DNA of 64,000 nucleotides. Origin: the human T2T-CHM13v2.0 reference genome, Homo sapiens. How positions within the stretch are numbered: position 1 is the first letter of the stretch; each line of letters starts with the position of its first letter. Of the stretch, positions 34,612-64,000 are shown in pieces. The translations under genes and the position numbers were made by a program. Under the pieces are notes generated by a model, which worked only from the letters and a program-made list of their open reading frames with translations, was not told where the DNA came from and did no database searches. The stretch lies in the NCBI RefSeq assembly GCF_009914755.1, contig NC_060941.1, one strand, 5' to 3'.

Positions 34612-34870
34612 CTTCGGGACCTGGGAGTCACCGGCCGGCGGGGCCCTGGGTCCGGGCCGGGCTGGGTGGGGGCGGCGCTCTTCCCCCCACGCTAGCTGCG
34701 CCCGGGGATCTGCAGCGCCCGCCCCGGCTGCGGCGCCATCAGCTGCTGGGAGGCTGCGGGGCAGTCGGGCCGGGGCTCCGGGGGGCTCGGGGGCGCCGAA
34801 GGGGGGTCGGGGGCGGGCTCGAGGCGTAAACACCCAGCAACGTGACCGGAACTGGCGAACGAGCCGGAGG
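34612..34870 (-). other. CCDC92B: CCDC92B non-coding exon 1 (5' end approximate)
   Basis: Strong donor GAAG|GTGAGG at 34612/34611 inside a CpG island, with GC boxes immediately upstream. It is the nearest promoter-like region upstream of exon 2. Confidence 0.7.
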
Positions 34871-35129
34871 GGTGCGGGGGGCGGGAGAGAGAAAGGGGGA
34901 GGGGAGGGACCTGAGACGGGCGGGGAGGGGCCGTGGGCGGGGCGGGGGGAGGGGAGGCCGGCGGCGCGCGGTCGGGGGGAGGGGGAACCCCGGGAGCCCC
35001 GAGAGCCCCGGGAACCGGGCCTGAGGCCCCCAGCGGGCCGCTGGGCTCGCGGAGCTGGCTTTGGCTGGTAGCTGGAAGGGCAAACTGGGGAACCCGCCGG
35101 TGCCTTGGCGCGCAGGGGCGCGGCGAAGG

Positions 35130-35150
35130 ATCAGCACCGCGGACAGCGCC
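35130..35150 (+). promoter_or_regulatory. RE1/NRSE (REST binding site)
   Basis: ATCAGCACCGCGGACAGCGCC versus consensus TTCAGCACCACGGACAGCGCC: 19/21 match with canonical half-site spacing. Confidence 0.85.
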
Positions 35151-35421
35151 CAGGCCGCCAGGCCGCGATCCGCTCCGCCCCTCCCGCCCTGGCGTAGGAA
35201 GGAGAGGCAGCGCCCGCAGCCGCGCAGGCAAGGCTTGGGGCGAAGCGCGATCTGACCAGTGGGCTGGGAATCCGTCCCGTGTCTAGGCAGCAGCAAACCT
35301 GCCCCAGACCTCTCACTAGCTGTGTGGCCTTGGGTGAGTCACATCACCTCTCTGGGCCGCAGTTGATAAGATGCCCTATTTCTAAAATTCTTTTATTATT
35401 ATTATTATGCTTTAAGTTCTA

Positions 35422-40522
<5,101 letters not shown>

Positions 40523-40539
40523 TTACTTCTTTAGGCATC

Positions 40540-41650
40540 ACTTCCTGGGTAGAACGGGTTTCCTAAGGGAGTAAGGCACAGAACGAGGCAATGGGCCGCC
40601 TGGTCTCTCCGCGCGTCAGTAGGACTCGGGGAACCAGACTCCGCCCAGTGCTCCCCAGAAACCCGGCTCCTCGGCGCGGCGGGGAGAGACCCGGACGGGG
40701 AGAGGCCGCTGTCCCGCCCGTTCTGCGGGGCCGGCGCTGACCCGGCTCCAGCCGCCTCCAGGGGCGGGGTCTGAGCGCCGCGCCCTCCCCGCGCCCTCCC
40801 CGCGCCCTCCCCGCGAGCGCGCCCCGGACACCCGCCTGCGGCAGCCGAGCCTCCTCCACCGTGCGACCCGCGGAGGGCAGGGAGCGGCCGGGCGAGGCAT
40901 GGCGGGCCGCCGGGCGCCGGGGGAGAAGCGCTGGCAGCTGGTGCGCTGGTGAGTGGGCGCCGGGCGGCGCGGGGCCTAATGCGGGAGCGAACCCCGAGGC
41001 CCGGCCGGCGCGGGAAGCAGCGGGGCGCGGGCCCAAAGTTTCGTCCCGGGCTGAGGCTGCGGGGCCCGGGTGGGCGGAGGGGCGCCGGCTGCCTGGTCCC
41101 CACCACCCCCTCCGGTCCCCACCACCCCGCGTCCCCGCGCCGGGTCTCTGCGGCTCTCCAAAGAGATGGGCGACGGGGACCCTGTGCGAGCCGTCAGGCT
41201 TTGGGGGAACCCCGTCCCCCTCCCGCGGGGGCGCCCTTTCCCTGCACTTCACCTTTCACGCTCGCACGGGGCTTCCGCCTTCCCCTTCGCCCCCTTCAGG
41301 TTTCCCATTTGTGCCTCCCTCCGTTCCTTCTGCCACCCGGGGCAGGGCTCTGGACTTGGGCCCCGAGAAGGCACCACCCACAGCCCCCAACCCCTGCGTG
41401 GAAAGGGGTGCTTTAGCCCCGAAACACAGGAGCCCCTGGGGGTGTGCACTCTGGGGACAGGGCGCAGAGAAGGGTGCCTAGGAGACAAGGGCAGGGGAGG
41501 GGTCCCCGTGTAGCGGGGCAGTCGCCCTTTCCCCCTCCGCAGTCCTGGCCCGCTGGGAAGTCAGAGCCTGCGGTGTCAGGTTACCGGACTGCAAGCTCAG
41601 AGGGTTTCAGACGCAGCGCTGTCGAGTCACCTGAGCTGGGCCCCCGAACC
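40540..41650 (+). promoter_or_regulatory. CpG island; probable distal promoter of RAP1GAP2
   Basis: CpG-rich, with a GC box GGGGCGGGG at 40761, a (CGCGCCCTCCC)x3 array, and an ATG-containing exon ending in a GTGAGT donor. Confidence 0.8.
40899..40948 (+). CDS. RAP1GAP2: Probable RAP1GAP2 alternative first coding exon: MAGRRAPGEKRWQLVR(W)
   Basis: Strong Kozak GGCATGG and donor CTG|GTGAGT at 40948/40949. 50 nt, phase 2, in frame with exon 55505-55621. The gene assignment comes from remembered locus order; the GAP domain is not in this window. Confidence 0.68.
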
Positions 41651-42324
41651 CACGTCCCAGGGTTCCAGGTGTCCCAATGTTCAGGACGGCTTCAGCCAGG
41701 GGCCTGACCTCTGCTTGGCGGCACTTGGAGCTTAGGGCAGCCTGCACAGCCCTCCCCGGACCTCGGAGGACTCCAAGATTCAAAAGAGAATGTCGGCCTG
41801 GGACTCCTCCCCATCCCAAATCATCCCACACACAGCAGGGTCAGAGAGCACCTCTGAAGGTACATTCTGTAGCCTGCATACAATGAACAATAATGTCATC
41901 AATAACAGCAACGTGGGCTTCCCCAGCACCTCCCGTGGCTCTGGAGTAGTCAGGATTCAGGCACACACTGAGAGGAAGGTATTAGCACCTCCATTTTACT
42001 AAAGATGAGGAAGCCGAGGGTCAGAGAGGGAAAAGGATTCAAGGTCACCCAACAAGCGCATGGTAGAGGCAAGGTTTGAACCAGGTCTTGCTCAGGAGCT
42101 TAACTTTTCCTCTGTTTTGCATATTTCCTGGATGGTTCCACCCAGCGTGGCCACACATCCAAGTTCACATTGTCCGAAAATCCCACAGTGTCAGAGCAGG
42201 AGGTGCCAATGGGTTTCCAAGTATATTAGTTAGCAGTGGAATCACTCTTCAAGTGAAGCTCCAATAGAGAAACCAGATAAAAGTAGAATTAATCATCTTT
42301 ATTTAATTCTTTTTTTTGAGATAG

Positions 42325-42483
<159 letters not shown>

Positions 42484-43380
42484 TAGAGGTGGGATTTCAC
42501 CATATTGTCCATAGCTAGTCTCGAACTCCTGGGCTCGAGCGATCTACCCACTTCAGCCTCCCAAAGTGCTGGGATTACAGGCATGAGCCACTATGCCCCT
42601 GGCAGAGGTAATCCACTTTTGAATTACCTCAGGGGAGGTGGGCAGTTAGTGTCCCTTTCCTCAAAATGACATAGCATTCCATCGCCCGACCACAGCGCCT
42701 GGCTCAAGTATGGGTGTGTGACCTAGGTCAGGTCAGTGACATGACATCATGGGAACTGGGCTGGAACCACTGAGACAGGGAAGCTCTGTCTCCATAGAGT
42801 GTTGATCTGGGCCACTGATGACCACCTTGCTGCCACAAGGACTAAAACTGGAACAGAGGGAGGCAGAGGTATAAAGAAAGTAGGACCACCCCAGCACCCC
42901 AGACCTTCCAGATCAGTTCCCTCACTTCACAGAAGAAATAGGAAGAGATTTAAGGCGTAGAGCTTGGATGCCTGTTTTGACTCATCCTCCCAACTCTTGC
43001 CCCTGGCACTGTCTGCTGGGGTTGTTTCTTGGGCTGGACCTGATGATGCCTGAATTTTTTTTTTTTTTGAGATGGAGTCTCACACTGTCACCCAAGCTGG
43101 AGTGGAGTGGCGCGATCTCGGCTCACTGCAAGCTCCGCCTGCCGGGTTCACACCATTCTCCTGCCTCAGCCTCCTGAGTAGCTGGGACTACAGGTGCCCG
43201 CCACCACGCCAGGCTAATGTTTTGTATTTTTAGTAGAGACGGGGTTTCACCATGTTAGCCCGGATGGTGTCGATCTCCTGACCTCATGATCCGCCCGCCT
43301 TGGCCTCTCAAAGTGCTGGGATTACAGGTGTGAGCCACCACGCCTGGCCACGCCCCCCCCCCTTTTTTTTTTTAAGATGA

Positions 43381-43581
<201 letters not shown>

Positions 43582-43897
43582 TGACTTTGTGATCCGCCTG
43601 CCTCAGCCTCCCAAAGTGCTGGGATTACAAGTGTGAGCCACTGCACCCAGCCACATGAATCATTTTTAGTGCCGTAATTGGGTTTGGGGTCACCCCTCAC
43701 CCCAGATAAAAGCTCATCTTTCTGAGAAGGTCCTGAAGATGTGACTTGAGTGGTTAGGCAGCCTGGCAGGGTGCACGTCTGAGGCCGAGATACCCTCTCA
43801 ATCCATGCCATGCTCCAGCCATGGCCAGCCATGCTCCAGCTGTGGCCCCTGGATCTAGGACTTCCCACTGAGTCAGTTTACTTTCCTTTTTAATGAA

Positions 43898-44042
43898 TCA
43901 GGATTCTTTCACTTGTAAATTGTAGAAATCAACTCAAACTAGCTTCAAAGAAAAAGGGAATTTATAGACTCACTGAACTGAAAAAACTCTAGGAGCTCTT
44001 CATGTTTCAGGCACAGCTAGATTCAGGAGCTCAAACAACGCC
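43898..44042 (+). mobile_element. LTR33-like 5' fragment
   Basis: agaaatcaactcaaactagcttcaaagaaaaagggaatttat...tttcaggcacagctagattcaggagctcaaac. Confidence 0.6.
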
Positions 44043-44047
44043 ACTGA

Positions 44048-44320
<273 letters not shown>

Positions 44321-44627
44321 TGAGTCATCATTCCTTTACCTAACCTCTACTGACAATCTTTCAAGTATTTTGAACATTTTGATATTACAAGCATTGTGGC
44401 AAAGAACATTCTTGAATCTATATCTGTGCATACTTGTGCAAAGATAGTGGTTGGATACTTTATTATTTTTTATTTTTTGAGACAGAATCTTGCTCTGTCA
44501 CCCAGGATAGAGTGCAGTGGCTCAATCACAGCTCACTGTAGCCTCTACCCGCTAGGCTCAGGTGATCCTTCCACCTCAGCCCCCTGAGTAACTGGGACTA
44601 CAGGCACGTGCCACCACGCCCAGCTAA

Positions 44628-45096
<469 letters not shown>

Positions 45097-45285
45097 TAAA
45101 AACATGTGCATATTGAAAAAGATATTGCCAACCTGACCTCCAAAGAAGTTGTACCGTTTTATATTATCTCCAGTGATGTGTGAGATGCCAGTTTCTTCAC
45201 AATTTTGCTCATGCTGCGATTAACAAACTTTAAAATCTTGGCCAATCTCACTGATGAAAAATGGTCTCTTGGACCATCCTGGCTA

Positions 45286-45646
<361 letters not shown>

Positions 45647-46064
45647 TAGCTGAGATTACAGGTGTGTGCCACCACACCCGGCTAATTTTTGTATTTTTAG
45701 TAGAGGCAGGGTTTCACCATGTTGGCCAGGCTGGTCTTGAACTCCTGACCTCAGGTGATCCATCGACCTTGGCCTCCCAAAGTGCTGGGATTACAGGCGT
45801 GAGCCACCGCGCCTGGCCAACTTTCACTTTTTTTTTTACTTACGGTAAACTTTAATTTTCCCTAATGTCCTTTCCCTGTTCTAGGGCCCCATTCAAGATA
45901 CCGCATTACATTTAGTTCCTGTGCTTCGTTGAGCTCCTCTTAGCTGTGAAAGCTTCTCAGACTTTCCTTGTTTTAGATGACCTTGACAGTTTTTGAGGAG
46001 TACTGCTCATATTTTGTAGATTGCCACTCACTCAGTTGGGATTTCTCTGATGTTTTTCTCATGA

Positions 46065-46355
<291 letters not shown>

Positions 46356-46428
46356 TGAACTCCTGACCTTAAATGATCCACCCATCTCGGCCTCCCAAAG
46401 TGCTGGGATTACAGGAGTGAGCCACTGA

Positions 46429-46906
<478 letters not shown>

Positions 46907-47524
46907 AGGTCGCAGAATTTGTTTGAGAAAAGAAATACAATAAAATAAATAAATTGGTGCTGGGTGTGGGAATGTGCACCAGCTGTGTACGAAGGTTCCG
47001 GTTTTTCCACATCCCCATCAACACTTGTTATTATCTCTGTCTTTGCTTATAGCCATCCTAGTGAGTGTGAAATGGTGTCTCATTGTGGTTTTCATTTGCA
47101 TTTCCCTGATGGCTGATGACGTCGGGCATCTTTTCATGTAGTTATTGTCCGTTTATATATCTTTTTTTTTTTTTTTTTTTTTTTTTGAGACGGAGTCTTG
47201 CTCTGTTGCCCATGCTGGAGCACAGTGGTGCAATCTTGGCTTACTGCAAGCTCCGCCTCCCAGGTTCACGCCATTCTCTATCTCAGCCTCCCGAGTAGCT
47301 GGGACTACAGGCGCCCGCCACCACGCCCAGCTAATTTTTTGTGTTTTTAGTAGAGACGGGGTTTCACCGTGTTAGCCAGGATGATCTCGATCTCCTGACC
47401 TCGTGATCCACCTGCCTCGGCCTCCCAAAGTGCTGGGATTACAGGCGTGAGCCACTGCGCCTGGCCGTCCATTTATATATCCTTTTTAGAGAAAGGACTA
47501 TTCAGATCCTTTGCCCATATTTAA

Positions 47525-47705
<181 letters not shown>

Positions 47706-48550
47706 TAGCTGGGATTAGAGGTGCCCACAACCACACCTGGCTAATTTTTGTTTTTTTTTTGGTAGAGATGGGATTTCACCATGCTGGCCAAGCTGGTCTC
47801 GAACTCCTTACCTCAGATGATCCACTTGCCTTGGCCTCCCAAAGTGCTATGCTGGAATTACGTGAGCCACTGCACCCAGCCTGGGTTAGGATTTCAACAT
47901 AGAAATTTTGTGGGGACACAAAAATTCGGGCCCTAGCACTGGGTCTCGTCACTTCAAGTGATCCTCCTGCCTCAGCCTCCTTGGTAGCTGGGGCTATAGG
48001 TGCACGCCACCATACCTGGCTAATTATTTATCTTTTGTAGAGATAGGGTTTTGCCACGTTGCCCACGCTGGTCTCGAACTCCCGGACTCAAGCAATCCTC
48101 CTACCTCAGCCTCTGAAAGTACTGGGACTACAGGTGTGAGCCACCACACCCAGCTTTCTTGCCGAAGTTTGAGTGGCTGATAGTGATTGAAAAGGTTGGC
48201 CCTCTGTAGCAGTTACTCTCCTTCAGTGTAGTGTTCAGCGGGATTTCAGATACACGGCAAGGTGATAGGGAAGATAGTTGGAGATGGCAGTTTACTTTTC
48301 CTTATATTCAATGCAATCCAATTCAGCAAACATATTTTCTACGTTAACAAGTTGGACTCGTTAGTGGGGATCATCTGTGTCAGAGCATTCCGAGGATGTA
48401 GTTAGTTGATCACTGTTCTTGCTGTGATTTTTACAGCAGGCTGGCTTCGAAGACCAGAGGGCTGTGTAAGGATGTTGTGGGGATTTCAGAGATGGATCAG
48501 ATACAGCCTTTGTACTTCAGCAGTGAGACAGACAGGCACATAAATAACTA

Positions 48551-49114
<564 letters not shown>

Positions 49115-49286
49115 TCAAGGACAGCATGATGTGATGTGTGGTCTGTCAGCCCGGGAGAGACCCTGTGCCTCTGCTGGGTCTCACGTCCTCATCTATAAAA
49201 TAAAGCTGCTGGACCAGATGAGTGACTTCTTGGGATTTTTCTGGCCCTAGCAACCTACGATGATGTCATAATCAGAAGATATCTTA

Positions 49287-49984
<698 letters not shown>

Positions 49985-50733
49985 TCATTCAAAAGGGTCT
50001 AAAGCAGTGACAGGGCTCCCCAGGCACTAATCTCCCTCCTCGGAGGCAACCAGGTTTACCAGTTCATCAGTGTTATCAGTTTCTCCCACAGAGATGGCAA
50101 GAGTCTGTCACCCAGGGCTGAATTCTGAGGAACCCAACGATGGGGAAAGTCAGGGACACTCATGCTCAGAATAGGATGGGATTAATCAGGGTGGGCTTCC
50201 TGGAGGAGCCTAATTACTCATGCTCAGAATAGGATGGGCTCCTGGAGGAGCCTACTTTTGAGCCAGGTTTTACAGGAGGGGAGTCACTTTGGGGCAGGAA
50301 GCAGGTCACAGAGGAGGGACATGTCCCAAATGGAAGTCATAATCTTTCCTCTCAAAGCTGTCCTCATCCAGTACAGATGGCTCCGCAGCCAGCCACCTGC
50401 ACAAACCAGGAACGGGGGAATGATGTTGCTGCCTGTCTTCTCACCTGTGTCCAGCCCAGCACCAGGTCCTGCCAACACCACTTCCTTAGCACATTCTCAA
50501 GTCGCCCCATCTTACCTGAGCCGGGAGTGGTAGCTAACACCTGTAATCCCAGCTACTCAGGAAGCTGAGGCAGGAGGATCGCTTGAGCCCAGGAGACCAG
50601 CCTGGGCAACATATTGAGACCCTGTTTCTAAAAAACAGAGAGGGCGCGGTGGCTCACGCCTGTAATCCCAGCACTTTGAGAGGCTGAGGCAGGCGGATCA
50701 TTTGAGGTCAGGAGATCGAGACCATCCTGGCTA

Positions 50734-51186
<453 letters not shown>

Positions 51187-51415
51187 CTATTATTTTCCAC
51201 CCAGCAGCCAGGATGATCTTCTCAACACACCCACTGCATTATGTGGAGGAGAGTGGAAAGAGGCCGGCGAGGACAGATGCTGTGGTTGGGCGGCCATGGG
51301 GGCGGTGGCAGCCTTGTGCTCTGCAGCAACCCAACCTCTTTTAGATCCGGGACACTGTGCGTCCTCTGCACCCTGGGGCCCATTCTACCACGGCGCCTTT
51401 CTCCCAGTGAGTCCT

Positions 51416-52035
<620 letters not shown>

Positions 52036-52261
52036 GGGTCCTCCTTATCTTGTCCTTTAGAGCTCAGCTCAAACTGCCTCTCCCCGGGGAGGACTTATGG
52101 GAAGTCCCCTCCCCCAGCAAATCCCCTGTGCCCCACTGGGCAACATCAGGGCAGCTGCACAGTTTTTTTTTTTTCATAGCACTTTATCCAGTTTGTAATG
52201 ATACAGGCTGACAGGCAGGCACCCCTCCAGTCTTCTCCCTCGTTAAAGATTTGGAATTGGT

Positions 52262-62400
<10,139 letters not shown>

Positions 62401-63101
62401 CTGGCGAGAGAAGCTGACCGGGATGGAGGTCAGAGGTAGGGTGTTTACAGGTGGTGGTAGAAGGAAAACAGCCAGGAACCCCAGGAGGACCCTGGAGCTA
62501 GGCTGGGCTTCCTGAAACCCCCCATCCCATCCTCGCTCCAGCCTGTGCCTATTGCAGGAAGAGGAGCTAGGGAGGTGGGCTGCCGGCTGAGAGGCCTTGA
62601 GGGATCTTTGGGAGCGGGGCCCGATTTCAGCCTGATCCTCATTTCCAGAGGCCTGGATGGGTGTGGGGGTGCCGGCCCTGAGTGGGGGGTCCAGGGCAGG
62701 CGTGTGTTCAGGAGACCTCAGGGGTCCGTGTAGACTGTCCTCTGGCTTTGCCAGCACCAGGTGCTGTGTGTCTGGACCTGGGAGCTGGCTGAGGGATACC
62801 CTTGCTTCCTCTCATTTGTTTTCTATAGCTCCCCCTACATGCTTGTTAACAAACCTGAAGGGCACTTGTATGCCAGTGGGGTTTGCTGGGATGTGCCCTG
62901 TTGAGCGGCTGTCATCAGAGAAGCCTCCAAGGGGAATGAGAGAGTTGTCCTGAGCCAGGTGCCAGGGCTCTTGGGTTCTTTGCCTGCGTTGTGACCCTGG
63001 GGCCATCCCTCAAGCCCTATACGCCTCAGTTTCCCATGGCGCTTTGCCCTCCCCCTTCTTCCTGTTGCAGGGTGGGGAGTAAACAGCTTGCACAGCTGCC
63101 A

Positions 63102-63169
63102 GGAGGCTGGGAGGCTGGGAGGCTGGGAGGCGGGGAGGCTGGGAGGCTGGGAGGCTGGGAGGCGGGGAG
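63102..63169 (+). repeat. G-rich octamer minisatellite: 2 x [(GGAGGCTG)3 GGAGGCGG]
   Basis: Read directly from the sequence; 8 units with a 32-bp higher-order period. Confidence 0.92.
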
Positions 63170-64000
63170 TGACTCAGGGTCTGTGAGGTCTTGGGCAGCG
63201 ATTTTTCAGGCGAAAGTCCCAGCACATCTTCTCGACTTGGGCAGGAGTTGGGGGAGGCTCTGCCCTCAGCTCCAAGCTGTGGTGCTGGGTTTTCTGAGTC
63301 CTGGGGTGGGGTGGGGTGGGCATCTGTTGGATTTGGCTGCTCAGGCTTCAAGAAGCTGCCTCTGGTCCCTCCTTCTTCCCAGATATCAAGTAGTTGGAGA
63401 GGGATGGGGCTGGGGGGCCTGGTAGCTGGGTGGGATGCGGGGGCGGGAGCTGAAGTGCTACAGCAGCCGCTCTTGGTTCCTGTGTTTGATGTTACTGGGC
63501 AGAGACAGATGCTAAGCTTGGGTAGGGTCGGGGCTGGTCTAAGTGGGACTGCTCAGCTCAGCATGTTGAGGCGATTTGGTGGGAGGTGGCCTCAGCTCCA
63601 GAGAAGAGGACCCTGCTGCTGGAGGCACGCTTGCAGCTCTCCTCACCCTCTTTCCCATGACCCTGTCTGATCAACTCTGGCTGAGCCACCATGGCTCAGA
63701 ATGACTTGAGCCTTGAGGGAAAGGGACCCTGGCATGGATGGGGGTGGTGGCAGGGTCACATAGTGGCTAAGCATGAAGGCCCTGCTGTCACTCAGACCTG
63801 GGCGTAAGTCCCAGCTCCATCACCTACTGCTGTGGCCGCACCTGCATTCCCCTCAATGGGAGCCCGAGAGAAAGGCTTGCAGGCTGTGGCTTATTTGGGA
63901 AGCAATCTCAGGAAACAAGGGCGAGGACATGGGGTTTGAAGGAGAGGGAGGGGAAGCAACAATTTGATTATTCCCACCACTCTCCTGGGCGGTGTTCCGA

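Larger units (their letters stand above)
34300..35290 (-). promoter_or_regulatory. CpG island / CCDC92B (and MIR1253 host) promoter with Sp/KLF GC boxes and G-runs
   Basis: Very high GC and CpG content, with GGGCGG and GGGGAGGGG clusters at 34870-34990. Confidence 0.85.

Noticed and set aside
34220-35316. ORFs of 100-232 aa across the CCDC92B promoter island
   Set aside because: CpG-island artefacts with low-complexity products, mostly from non-ATG starts, and no family resemblance.
40531-41513. ORFs of 150-229 aa in the 41 kb island
   Set aside because: GC artefacts; only the 50-nt ATG-to-GTGAGT segment has splice and frame support.

Overview
Primate (human-type) genomic DNA, extremely Alu-dense (roughly 90 Alu copies or fragments, plus MIR, L2, L1M, MaLR/LTR33 and MER remnants), with four GC/CpG-rich islands (~9.1-10.3, 34.3-35.3, 40.5-41.6, 61.4-62.4 kb). 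From protein and miRNA sequence recalled from memory, not from a search, I recognise it as the human 17p13.3 CCDC92B / MIR1253 / 5' RAP1GAP2 region. The minus strand carries a complete 4-exon CCDC92B gene: non-coding exon 1 ending at 34612, coding segments 20348-20219, 15695-15648 and 10205-9616 (768 nt = 255 aa + stop), and a ~3.6 kb 3'UTR ending near an AATAAA at 6025-6020. The MIR1253 hairpin (33281-33385) lies in its intron 1. On the plus strand, two in-frame exons (40899-40948, 55505-55621) encode a probable alternative N-terminus of RAP1GAP2, and a further CpG-island promoter lies at ~62 kb. Almost all other ORFs in the supplied track are Alu-derived or GC-rich artefacts. I found no convincing new multi-gene system. 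The best leads are regulatory or splicing-related: a near-consensus REST/RE1 site at the CCDC92B/MIR1253 promoter, a possible recursive-splice (AG|GT) coding exon in RAP1GAP2, and a (CA)25 tract abutting the 3' splice site of an in-frame 48-nt CCDC92B exon. There are also several clear footprints of local DNA rearrangement.
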